From positions 1 to 64,000 of IMG/VR virus record IMGVR_UViG_3300005747_000012: 64,000 nt of DNA; one strand, 5' to 3'. The notes beneath the pieces were generated by a model. That model did no database searches. It was not told the DNA's origin and saw only the letters and a list, made by a program, of their open reading frames with translations. The stretch comes from a virus. Both the position numbers and the translations under genes were made by a program. Shown piece by piece: positions 40,301-48,704 of the stretch (the first letter of the stretch is position 1; each line of letters starts with the position of its first letter).

Positions 40301-41171
40301 TATTAATGTAAATGGTGTTTCTGAAGCTGGCATTTTGGTTACAGATGTTTTGGAATTCCATAAAGAAGCAATGGAATTTAAACAATATGAAGGAACAGTT
40401 CCCGGCGATAAATTTGTAATTTCTGATAGTTTTATTGGAGAAAATAATGTTGGAACTTATACAGTGGTTGATGTTTTAAGTGAAAGCGAAATTATTGTAT
40501 CTGGCAATACTGTAGATGTAGAAAAAACCTTACTTGACTCTAACTTTAACAAAGTTTATGTAGAAGAATCTACCCCTTATGTTGGGTACAAACAGGTTGA
40601 ATTTATTACTACAAACCCTGCAAATTTAAACTCTAAAAATGTTATGTTTACAACAGATAATCAATTTGAAAAAATTAGTGAGCTTGGCGGTGTTTCAATA
40701 AGTGCAATCGGAAAGTTTCAATACCCAACCAATATAATAAAAGGTGTTGATGCTTACAAATTTAATACAGGGCTAATTGGAGAAGCCAATAGAATTGTAT
40801 ATGGTGAGCCTAGAGATAGTACAACCTATCCGGGTGTAGCTGCGGCTGGTGCTGAAATTTTTATTAAAGCACCGCTTACAAGAAGAATTCAAGTTTCCAT
40901 TGATGTTAGAGTTAAGACAGGTGTACCTTTTAGTACAATTGTTGAAGAGGTTAGAAATTCTGTTGCTTCATTAATTAGAGGGAATGATGTTGGAAAACCA
41001 ATTCCAATATCAAATATTGTAAGTAATGTTGATGGAATTGTGGGGGTACAAGCTGTTGCAATTAGCTCACCTCAATATGACAGCCAAAATGATGTTATAA
41101 AAATAAATGCTGGAGAAAAAGCTTTGATTCTTGATATTATCTCTGATATTATTGTTTCAAAAATTGATTAA
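34308..41171 (+). CDS. Giant baseplate wedge J/gp6-like protein (2287 aa)
   Basis: N-terminal ATGEALNRIG, VVAQEPGTNGN and GADNESDDNYRDRI baseplate-J motifs; J-type C-terminus; long beta-rich insertion between them. Confidence 0.85.
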   Translation: MAVGLPTPKSREQILSEMLTEYVGLTGINDLNTGSAVTQFFDVVARSVARTSGDIFQILRDFSVERATGEALNRIGREERVYRNTAQVASGKIKVTDTSFEKISTKIYSGAPSPNIGSIEINVSDASKFPSSGRLYIGRGTPNVEGPINYSSVVPDGSFWKITLDSPTQKFHNISESIILGQGGTRNVPVGTTVISPGTGATADINYSVSSAALLLDGENENKNVQVVAQEPGTNGNAPAGAIREFVTAPFSGAAVINEVPFSNGADNESDDNYRDRIKKERLSRGLGTALAVKNAVLGAQAPDENARVTSNEIDTSNPEQTILYIDNGEGYEETSEGVGLESVIESAIGGEQTFQLATGGQQTSVRKAFIQSSNSTPFAISSFDKLAILVGGVVFEHTFLEGDFQAEGAATAYEIVASINNNPDSTFEATTAEAGTKVVIQAKSEDNEFLQLTTPSSGVDAGPILAFPTNEVATVLLYKNKELLNKNGRSAFVITKNQFDWSNTITDGDTLIISVDGTDFITYNFINEDFIADGQHSTVNNQNSLSSWVNVINAKITGVTAEINGERIKLTSNLGPSNRASIQIDNSSDLVLKGMFSEELGLTAQGNEADFELSRNTGQIKLKKLLKEGDSVNVGSEFTRAEIQSSPILGGQTTISSTAYVWLVVDDTVVKPVEIGVTADTFLTVSKPGSGVVRYESTSLSAFGNVEVGDYVIIWSEELSVKNRLEGRVYAKTDTTLDIRVTASEESSAIAEGPILYQEGFSVIRTEYAPQKIKVSAGIYTVNDIAAIFNNQLENAVVSVEDDEIFIFRTNTEDIHGAMFLADFNDGAKALNLIKNSFSKSINSQLAFYESGFKDRQWPSFVHGKITTDQFSDPPNGYINTVDSSEDLNALGFNPSGFLCFAQPFNDSNDISSKECVEIKNYTGTTVNVEDSVFYKRSRVNDRFYLVNGYDFGHNDSIVTVLDNDPTGKTFNMPLFRTAVTKITHPANANHFRAWDKEGGGGCNIDPSNNTTQSSCLLAGGTWTTPTEFTKFFGNNFAFDNYKALMQAKNVVDPLSLTNQDAVLYRSVEWGNSGEKVGIGYFYPTTPNEDISHIVSVNNEIEVKLFLKSGPAKTTTINGTTEWDVTIIPNPNYDLVTYTHSGTGTAPGLTPILSGDYVSIISTGEFLTENQGSYRVDSATATSFTIKRPLGVAIEQLDVATLETGTINFFEKSDTTAQEIVDYVTDNLSDYITAEIVDDNGSTGSGIINLSTAEDSDFNYDFVKLLDGKNYILSSDIDAIVGLPQFVFKTPLDLPTFSTNTTDAYSFNNGEKIKLVPITSLQLTKFLNILAVTGYTTLGDIKSVDRNTNVQLSTNVVGNNGAVQIAGGVGNFVAAAVEGSAIIIGDQANAKSLVSINTATSNGFHSDQWVKVFASEIQKKVTGINALNSIKISSANPSVGFTKIELFDKGVSQRLFGRNRYHTRTRGRTFKVEKQGDLTAIIWDENGTQPNFLTSNIDIKDSSPSTLTVFKDGISSIVDLRVDTGDMRFDEVAVGDILTVTNRLNEKNNGNFLVVGRSDDARTVRIINSSGVSELVTGSFTITDNVAVLGTQFTVGTTTLTEGVDFVAGASVNDTASNLSAAIALIPSINSNSDGAIVNIESEVAAVTIPISVTGGGATASGSELEAPVANTGDLVFKTEVQEGDSVIINSDFSILNQGTFRLVRRFKDSIYIDNPNSVEEEVTIGNNNVELYSNNPIPLNLIFTNASTTVVSVGNVDWTSIVEAGDFIKDASKGDNYYYKIDSVDSTFQITLATPFQESSSSVDGIEAVYTDLDIDLTDFNVEKLDGKVRLKWAGAGAEPSLENLRPGNIATLGADFDAANEGDFHVIDSGEKLQEVTQFKMSREVDINNSEYGIMYSSENVNQYHFYFKGPDPGATANPISVGLVGGESAEQVAVDFADAINTQASADFTAVAEGDTVTVTTTGVGETTDAFNFNISGEFAVEVKQQGRRNFVDFINVNGVSEAGILVTDVLEFHKEAMEFKQYEGTVPGDKFVISDSFIGENNVGTYTVVDVLSESEIIVSGNTVDVEKTLLDSNFNKVYVEESTPYVGYKQVEFITTNPANLNSKNVMFTTDNQFEKISELGGVSISAIGKFQYPTNIIKGVDAYKFNTGLIGEANRIVYGEPRDSTTYPGVAAAGAEIFIKAPLTRRIQVSIDVRVKTGVPFSTIVEEVRNSVASLIRGNDVGKPIPISNIVSNVDGIVGVQAVAISSPQYDSQNDVIKINAGEKALILDIISDIIVSKID

Positions 41172-41173
41172 TT

Positions 41174-43231
41174 ATGGCAGATAGAGAAAGCGAATACAAA
41201 AGATTAAGAAAATACTTAAACAAAGTTATCCGTGGCGAAAACACAGATGCAATTTTGCGATCTGTTGCCAGTGGACCTGCGCATCTTGTAAATAATGTCG
41301 AGGCTGTAAACGATTCGCTTTACATTGTCACAGCCAGCCAAAAATATTTAGATTCAAGGCTTGGCGATAAAGGTGTTGTAAGACCGCCTGAAGTTGGTCT
41401 TTCTGACGAGGTTTTTCGTGAAATTGGTATTGAAATTACTAACAGAAAACAAGTTAGAGATTTGGTTCATCAACTTCTTAGAATTTTATATGGAGAAGTG
41501 TTTACACGGGCTACTTCGGCATCTGAGGAAGTTGAAAATTTTTCTCTTGAAGATGGTGATAATTTAATAATGTCTTTCGACGATGCAGAACCCGTTGAAA
41601 TTGCTTTTAGCTCTAGCCAATTTCAAAATATTAACGATGCAACAGCGCAAGAGGTTGCTGATGCAATTACTAAAAGTATTAAAAAAGTTGGTGGGAATGG
41701 TGCTGCTTTTGCAAGGCAGGATGATGGGGTTACAAGAGTTGTATTAATTTCTTTTACCGATGGCCCTTCATCTAGTGTAAAAGTTTTAGGTGGCAAAGCT
41801 CAAAACGCTCTTAAATTTGATAAAATTAGACCTACTGCGGCTGATGCAACAACACAATGGACGCTTACACAAGAAGCTGGTGGGGCTATTAGGGCCACTT
41901 GGAGTGGTGGTGCTAACCCTTCAATTGGAAAAGTAAAAGCTGGTGATTATGTTAATATATATGGAAATAATTTTTCATCTGAAAACCGAGGTACTTTTAA
42001 TGTTACAGAAGTCAAAAGTGGTCCGGTTAACGAAGCTTACGTGGAATATGAAAACCCAGAAGGTATTGCTGAAGGAGGGTGTAGTATAAATCCTAGTGTA
42101 AATGTAACGCCAGCTCTTTGTTCGGCAGATGGAGGGGTGTGGTCTCCTCCTGTAGTTCAAGGCAGTGATGATGCCATTTTGTTTTATAACCCAATAACTA
42201 GAACTGTAATTTCTAACTTAACTTACGCTGCTGCTTTTCAAACATCACCAAGAACCCTTGAAGTGTTTATTCCAGCAACAACTAAAGTTGTTAGAAGGAA
42301 CAGGGCTGGAGCTGCTCATATATATACTCACGTTCCAGAAAAAACACAAATAACCTTTCCTTCGCTTGCAGAGTTACAGTCTGGAGATAGTTTTTTGTTA
42401 AATTCTTTTTTGAATTCAACAAAATATAGAGTTATATATAATATAGATGATTCAATTATTGATAAAAATTTTTCAGAAAAAGTATTAGAAATAAATATAA
42501 ATAGTTCGGAAGATATTACGGCTTCAGATATTGCTGCAAAAACATATAATAGGATAAATGATATTTATAATTTTTCTTGTAATAATAATCAGGACGGTTC
42601 TATTGAAATTACAAATACAACTGGTGGAAATTCTTTTGATGTAGAATCTATAAATATGCCCCCTTCATTTTTGGTAGATGTTATTGTACAAGGAACTAAT
42701 GTGGTTTCAAATGAAGGACAAGTCGGCCCTTATTCATATGACACAACTGTTGGATATACAATTGGAGAGCAAGCAGCTCTCACAACAGAAGAGCTTGATG
42801 CTAGTAGTGATAAAATTCTTTTTGTTGACAATTCAACGCAATTTCCTGATGAACAAGGTGATTTAATAATTGGATTTGGAACATCACATCAAGAAGGTCC
42901 TGTTCCCTATATTTCAAGACCTTCTAACCAAACATTAAGAATTAATCCTTCATATGAATTTAAACAAAAACACCCGATTGGAACTGATGTTACTTTAATT
43001 GCAGAAAAAAAACCAGCTAACCCAAACAAAGATGGTTCAGATTATCCTTTTTATTTAACCGATTCTGTTGCTGGTAGAATATATGCTCAAGATTTAATTC
43101 GAGAAATTACCGCAACTGGTATTGTCGTTGTTTTTTACGTTTTATATCCAAACGATATTGGCTTAGGAAATTGGGGTGACGAAGAAAACTCAGAAAAATA
43201 TTATATTTGGGGTACTGAAGAGGATTTGTAA
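41174..43231 (+). CDS. Baseplate wedge protein (gpI/gp7-like)
   Basis: Follows J; TASQKYLD..LG...RP..GLSDEVFR motif and a C-terminal ATGIVV segment. Confidence 0.7.
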   Translation: MADRESEYKRLRKYLNKVIRGENTDAILRSVASGPAHLVNNVEAVNDSLYIVTASQKYLDSRLGDKGVVRPPEVGLSDEVFREIGIEITNRKQVRDLVHQLLRILYGEVFTRATSASEEVENFSLEDGDNLIMSFDDAEPVEIAFSSSQFQNINDATAQEVADAITKSIKKVGGNGAAFARQDDGVTRVVLISFTDGPSSSVKVLGGKAQNALKFDKIRPTAADATTQWTLTQEAGGAIRATWSGGANPSIGKVKAGDYVNIYGNNFSSENRGTFNVTEVKSGPVNEAYVEYENPEGIAEGGCSINPSVNVTPALCSADGGVWSPPVVQGSDDAILFYNPITRTVISNLTYAAAFQTSPRTLEVFIPATTKVVRRNRAGAAHIYTHVPEKTQITFPSLAELQSGDSFLLNSFLNSTKYRVIYNIDDSIIDKNFSEKVLEININSSEDITASDIAAKTYNRINDIYNFSCNNNQDGSIEITNTTGGNSFDVESINMPPSFLVDVIVQGTNVVSNEGQVGPYSYDTTVGYTIGEQAALTTEELDASSDKILFVDNSTQFPDEQGDLIIGFGTSHQEGPVPYISRPSNQTLRINPSYEFKQKHPIGTDVTLIAEKKPANPNKDGSDYPFYLTDSVAGRIYAQDLIREITATGIVVVFYVLYPNDIGLGNWGDEENSEKYYIWGTEEDL

Positions 43232-43653
43232 TGGCACAAAGAACAATCGCTGGCGCACATGTTAAATTGTATATAAACGGAAAAGTTTATAACGAGGTTC
43301 AGCAATTACAATACACAATAGATTATGGGGAAGAACCAATTTACGGTATTGACTCGGTATTTCCACAAGAAATTAAAATTACCAGAGTTTCTATCCAAGG
43401 AAGTGTTTCTGGAGTCAGAACTGCTCAGTCAAATGGCCTTCAAGGGTATGATATAAGGCCTAAAATATTTGACTCAATATTTGCACCATATATTTCTATT
43501 AGAATTAGCGATAGAAGAACTGGTGAAGATATTCTTTTCGTCCCTTATGCAAGAGTAACAAATGAGCGTACAAATATAAACGCCAAAGGTGTTGTTCAAA
43601 CATCTTTTAGCTTTTCAGGTCTGCAAGGGCAGCAACCTCTTGACAGAGTTTAA
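43231..43653 (+). CDS. Tail-tube-like protein
   Basis: 140 aa, beta-rich; LYINGK...QYTIDY..EPIYGID...EI pattern of contractile tail tube folds. Confidence 0.6.
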   Translation: MAQRTIAGAHVKLYINGKVYNEVQQLQYTIDYGEEPIYGIDSVFPQEIKITRVSIQGSVSGVRTAQSNGLQGYDIRPKIFDSIFAPYISIRISDRRTGEDILFVPYARVTNERTNINAKGVVQTSFSFSGLQGQQPLDRV

Positions 43654-43664
43654 AAATTAAACAT

Positions 43665-44114
43665 TTAACAGTCGCCCAAATCAGCCCCACAGTTTTTGCA
43701 TGAGTAAAACTGCAAGTTTTTACTAATTACATTTTTGTATTTTTGAGGGTTTGAGCAGCATCCTGATTTATCAAAATCTTTTAAAATTGCAGCTTTACTT
43801 TTGCCAAAATGTTTTCCTTCAGGATTTAAAAGTCTTCTTCTCATCATTTCAAAATATGTCTCTTCATCTTTTTCCAAATGTAACGTGTAAAGAGCATGAG
43901 CTACTTCCATTGTCTTTTTAGCTAAAGAAGACTCGTCTATATCACCAATAGGATCAGCAGTGGATAATTCGTCACGCTCTGGCCAGCCACCATTATTGTA
44001 AGTAGCTGAATATACTGGTTCATTAAATCTTGATTTTGTTTTTTCCGACATGTTTTTCTCCAATTCTTGCGCTGTCATTTTTGTTTTTTTACCATTAATT
44101 TTTATATTCCACAT
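43665..44114 (-). CDS. Hypothetical protein with C-terminal Zn ribbon
   Basis: Start reassigned to 44114 (AGGAG RBS); CC...CKNCG; own sigma70-like promoter near 44140-44165. Confidence 0.6.
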   Translation of the reverse strand: MWNIKINGKKTKMTAQELEKNMSEKTKSRFNEPVYSATYNNGGWPERDELSTADPIGDIDESSLAKKTMEVAHALYTLHLEKDEETYFEMMRRRLLNPEGKHFGKSKAAILKDFDKSGCCSNPQKYKNVISKNLQFYSCKNCGADLGDC

Positions 44115-44176
44115 AATTTTAAAACTCCTTTTTAACAATAGTATCATATACACAAAAAAAGTCAATAAAAAGCTCG

Positions 44177-44212
44177 GCACTGAATCTTTAAATTATATGA
44201 TATTATATAGTT
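44177..44212 (+). promoter_or_regulatory. Putative late promoter; exact 36-bp copy of 34259-34294
   Basis: Identical sequence upstream of the 1476-aa tail protein gene. Confidence 0.7.
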
Positions 44213-44265
44213 GTAAATGATTTTTTTAATAACAACATGATTTCAATTAGTTATAAGGGTATTAA

Positions 44266-47200
44266 ATGAGTGTAAGAAGGCGGCAAAATTTTCTAGGTGG
44301 ACAAAGGATTGATGTACCATATTTGAAATCGGTTGAATCAGCAGTTTCTAATGATTTCGATGAGTTAATTAGCGGTTTAGTTATTGGTGAAAATAAAAGC
44401 TATGTAGTTCGTGGGTTTGAAATTAATATGCCCGGTGCTATTGGGTCTTCTGCCAATGGGTTACAGCTTATCGTGTCTGACACCTCTATTCTTCACGGGG
44501 CCTCTGACGAATCTGGTACGTTTTACAATATTCCTAGCGGAACTCCTGCCGAAACTTTGTCGAGTACAACAAATGATCGTGTAGACGGTGCTTTTACGCC
44601 GTCTACAGATAATTATGTTGGCGTTGAGCTTGTAAGAGAAGTTGATGACTCTACAATTGATCAATCTTACTTTTGGAACCCTACCACAAACATAGAAGTT
44701 ACAAAAACAGTACCATTGGCAATCATTTTGGATTACAAAATTGTAATTTCTACTTCATCTTTTGCGTCAAACGTATTGCCTATTGCAATTGTCCAAACTG
44801 ACGCTTCAAATAACGTAATTTCAATTACAGACCGTAGGCCAATGCTTTTAAGACTTGGTACGGCTGGTGATTTTGACCCCAACCCATTTTACATCTATCC
44901 TTGGGCTGATGGTCGTTCTGAAAATTTTTACACCTCAACCTCATCTGCTACCTCACCATTTCAGGGTGGCGATAAACAAATCAAAAATTTAAAAGAATTT
45001 TTTGATGCGTTAATGACAGAAGTAAAACTTTTAAAGGGTACACCATATTGGTATTCTGAAAATCCCGGCTCAATCAGTAATTTAAGAGCTGACCTTGCTA
45101 ATACAGCATTTACCGGAAAAGGTAATGTAGTTCACGGTAGAATTGATTTCCAAGGTCAAGTAGCTGGAATGACAGCGGATGTCCTTATTAGAACAGTTAA
45201 TACTGGTGAGATTAATAACATTACACTTATTGCAAATGGTTCTGATATAAACACTCTTGTTGCTGATTACAACGCTGCAAATCCTGAAAATGAAATTGAG
45301 TTTGTAAGCGGAGATGATTCTCAAATTCCTACAGCAGATATTGTTCTTACGTCTAAGCCGGGCCAAGTAAACTGGTCTCAAGATATTTATTTAAGATTTA
45401 TTGGTGGCAGACTAAATTATAAGATTCTTTCAAATGATACAAGTACCGAAGTATCTTTGGCTGACAACCAAGTTGCTTATATAAATTTGGTTAGAGACAA
45501 AAATATTATACCACCACTTAAATTTATTGAAAAATTAGGTGGTGGAACTGTCGCTACTTCTATAGGTGGAGCAAATTGGACAAACGATGTTAAGCCGGGT
45601 GACTTTATTAAAGATGCCTCTAAAGGCAGTGAATTCTATTATGAAATTGATACTGTTGATTCACTATCTGAGGTAACATTGAAAGTTGATTATGTTGATG
45701 TTCCAGATACCCCTGCTGGTTTTGACGCTCAATATGCTTGGGGAATTTACGAAACAAATCCTTCCCCATTAACTTCAAGACATGTTTTTATTGCAGATAG
45801 AGAAGATGTGCCTTTTGATGAAGATGTTTTTTGGCTGTTTTTTAGGTCAGATGATGGCGGTATCCCAAGAGTTTACGCTAGAATTTTAGGTGGTACTGAG
45901 CTTGAGCAGGGTGAGGCTAGAACAATTGCTGACAATACAGCCCAAACTGTTCTTGATTACATTGGCTCAACTTCCGAGTCTGACACTACACCTACTTATG
46001 ATGAAAGTGCAACCGATTCTAAAAATAATCAAACACATTATAATTCTGTAGCTGAAGAAAATCTTACCGATAGAATTTCCAGACTCACTACAATGATGGC
46101 TGACAAGGCACAAGATAAAACTGTTAAACTTGTTTCAGATCATACAGTTGTTACAAATACAACAAACACAACTTTTCAAGACATAACTTTTTCAGGTGGA
46201 AGTGGAGTAGCTAATGTCATTGTTCCAAGCTCTGCTAATAATGGGACGATAGGACTATCCGGTACACTTTCTCTTGAGGAAAACCAAGTCGCTTTCTATC
46301 AAATTGATAGGAATGCGGCTTTTACAATAGCCGATCTTTCTTTACTTACTGTTGCAGATATTGATTTAGTTCCTTTAAATGAAAAAACATTTATATTTGC
46401 ATACAGATTAACTGGCGATACAGTTTATCTATGGGATAACTCTTCTTTAGGAGAAGGTGATCTTTTAGACATATCTGTATTAAGAGAATATGTACAACAA
46501 AACAATACGTTAAAAATGGTCAAGGGAGGTACTTGGTCATGGGATTTGGCTACAAATACATTGTCAAACTCACTGTCGGCATATGTTCAGATTGCTGGCC
46601 TTTCTGATAGTGCAAATGAAATTATAGCTCAAAACATTGTATTAGATGCCGATCAAAAAGTAGCCTATGTAGAAATTAACAGAGGAATAACCCCTTCTGT
46701 TTTAACTGTTAATGTTGCGGATATTTCGACGGTTGATCTGTCTAGCGATGATGTTTTTGTCATTGCCAGAAGAACTGGCGGTGACGTATTAGTTGGAACT
46801 AATTCTTTTGCTCTTAAAGACAGAGAATTTTTAGAGCTTGATGGAGCGTTGGCAGAAATCAATAGACATCACGGGCAATTGCTTGTTAGGCCTGAAGCTA
46901 CTTTGAGTAAAAGAGTTGAAATATCCGGTGCTGATATTGCCAAATTAAGCGGCTCTCAAATTAGTCTTGAACAAAAATCATTGTTGCTTGATTTTAATGG
47001 TGCTGTAATTGATTTTTCTACAGGCGAAGTTTTTGAATCGGATGGAGGAACGCCTTTAAACGATAAAGCAAATGATTTTACTCCTGCAACAATCGGTGCT
47101 AATGAATATTTTTTCTACAGTGTAACATTGCTTCCAAATACCGTTAATGCAAATAATACAATAACAGGTCAAATATTAGTTTTGCCAGCCAGTGCCTCTA

Positions 47201-48696
47201 ATGCTGTTTTGGCAGATGCTCCGAGAGCACCATTTCCAAGTTCAGGAATTAAACTAGGAAATGTTTACGTTCAAGAAGACGGTGGCGGTAGTATATTAAA
47301 TATTGACTATGAAAACATCATATCTCTTGGAGTTGGTGGTTCTGGTTCTGGTGGAACCGGCGATGCTAATGAGCTTCTTGAGAGGCTTAAAAATAGACTA
47401 GCAAACTATGGAGCGTATGAATATATGACTCCAGTTATTTTTTCTACAGTAGAAGAAGATTTAACATTTGAAACAAATACAACAGCTAATTTTAGTGTTG
47501 TTAATTCAAACTATGAGTTTGAAACGATAGGAACAGTATTTGAGTCTGTTCAACTTTTAGATGCTGAATTTTTAGCTGAAGAAATTGAACTTGATGAAAT
47601 TGAATTAATCCATTATTGGAATTTAGACAGCCTAGACTCAGCAGCTATTTACGAAGTATCTAGAGATGGCGGCAATGAATGGCAATCTGTTTCAATGTCA
47701 AGAATAGGAAGTTCTGACACTTATAGAGGAACGCATACTTTTGCAGAAGAGGCGGCAAATAGCTTTAGTCAAACCGAAGGTACGTTTAACGGAACTTACA
47801 CTGATTTAACTGATCTAAATGAATTATCTAGAGATTTTATTTTAGCCAATACCACAACAGTCAAAAAAGTAACTGCTGAAGTTAACAAAACAGCAGCAGC
47901 TACAGGATATGTGTTTGCAGTAGCGGTTAAGGATGACGGTGGTGGATTGCCTTCAACAGACCCACTTGATGAAATTGGAAGAAGTAAATTTGTATCAATT
48001 GATGGTTTAGTAGCTGGTGCTCAAAGTGTAGATTTTGAAATTAGATTTACTGCCCCTGCTGAAACTTACCATATAGTTTTTAAAACAGATGTCATATATA
48101 AAACAGAATACACTAATAGTGCTGGTGCTAATAAAATAGCTATTGAAGATGACGGTGCTGATGTTGCATATACTTTAGAAGGACTAGAGCTTGATCTAAG
48201 AGTTAGAATTACAAGTGGAACTGATGAAGTAGCTTCTGAAGGTTTTGGCCTATTTTATAAAGATGATAATAAAGTTAGTCCAGTTGATGGAAATGTGTTT
48301 AGAAACGTGTCAACATTTGTTGGTGACGTAGATAACTTGGATACGTTTACATTAACTTTCCTACCTGACCCACGATTACTTCATGTGTACGAATGGGGAA
48401 CGGGGCAAGTTTATAGATATGGAGCATTTGTAATACAAGGCTATGATGTTATATTTGAACCTAACACTTTTAATAAGCCTGAGACTGTATCGTTAGAATT
48501 TTTACAGATTCAAGGTGGAAGTTTTGATAATAGCGATAAAAACGCCTCATTATTGGCCGCCAATCATTTAGGTAGTACAGATGCAAACATTGATTTAAGT
48601 GTGGCTGGAAGAGGTTTGTTTTTAAGACGACCCGATGGAACATTAAGAGAAATAACAATAGACGATAGTGACAATCTCGTAATTTATAGCGTATAG
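44266..48696 (+). CDS. Large baseplate/tail fibre protein (1476 aa)
   Basis: Beta-rich, acidic and internally repetitive; shares the GDFIKDASKG module with the J protein. Confidence 0.7.
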   Translation: MSVRRRQNFLGGQRIDVPYLKSVESAVSNDFDELISGLVIGENKSYVVRGFEINMPGAIGSSANGLQLIVSDTSILHGASDESGTFYNIPSGTPAETLSSTTNDRVDGAFTPSTDNYVGVELVREVDDSTIDQSYFWNPTTNIEVTKTVPLAIILDYKIVISTSSFASNVLPIAIVQTDASNNVISITDRRPMLLRLGTAGDFDPNPFYIYPWADGRSENFYTSTSSATSPFQGGDKQIKNLKEFFDALMTEVKLLKGTPYWYSENPGSISNLRADLANTAFTGKGNVVHGRIDFQGQVAGMTADVLIRTVNTGEINNITLIANGSDINTLVADYNAANPENEIEFVSGDDSQIPTADIVLTSKPGQVNWSQDIYLRFIGGRLNYKILSNDTSTEVSLADNQVAYINLVRDKNIIPPLKFIEKLGGGTVATSIGGANWTNDVKPGDFIKDASKGSEFYYEIDTVDSLSEVTLKVDYVDVPDTPAGFDAQYAWGIYETNPSPLTSRHVFIADREDVPFDEDVFWLFFRSDDGGIPRVYARILGGTELEQGEARTIADNTAQTVLDYIGSTSESDTTPTYDESATDSKNNQTHYNSVAEENLTDRISRLTTMMADKAQDKTVKLVSDHTVVTNTTNTTFQDITFSGGSGVANVIVPSSANNGTIGLSGTLSLEENQVAFYQIDRNAAFTIADLSLLTVADIDLVPLNEKTFIFAYRLTGDTVYLWDNSSLGEGDLLDISVLREYVQQNNTLKMVKGGTWSWDLATNTLSNSLSAYVQIAGLSDSANEIIAQNIVLDADQKVAYVEINRGITPSVLTVNVADISTVDLSSDDVFVIARRTGGDVLVGTNSFALKDREFLELDGALAEINRHHGQLLVRPEATLSKRVEISGADIAKLSGSQISLEQKSLLLDFNGAVIDFSTGEVFESDGGTPLNDKANDFTPATIGANEYFFYSVTLLPNTVNANNTITGQILVLPASASNAVLADAPRAPFPSSGIKLGNVYVQEDGGGSILNIDYENIISLGVGGSGSGGTGDANELLERLKNRLANYGAYEYMTPVIFSTVEEDLTFETNTTANFSVVNSNYEFETIGTVFESVQLLDAEFLAEEIELDEIELIHYWNLDSLDSAAIYEVSRDGGNEWQSVSMSRIGSSDTYRGTHTFAEEAANSFSQTEGTFNGTYTDLTDLNELSRDFILANTTTVKKVTAEVNKTAAATGYVFAVAVKDDGGGLPSTDPLDEIGRSKFVSIDGLVAGAQSVDFEIRFTAPAETYHIVFKTDVIYKTEYTNSAGANKIAIEDDGADVAYTLEGLELDLRVRITSGTDEVASEGFGLFYKDDNKVSPVDGNVFRNVSTFVGDVDNLDTFTLTFLPDPRLLHVYEWGTGQVYRYGAFVIQGYDVIFEPNTFNKPETVSLEFLQIQGGSFDNSDKNASLLAANHLGSTDANIDLSVAGRGLFLRRPDGTLREITIDDSDNLVIYSV

Positions 48697-48704
48697 GATA
48701 AGTA

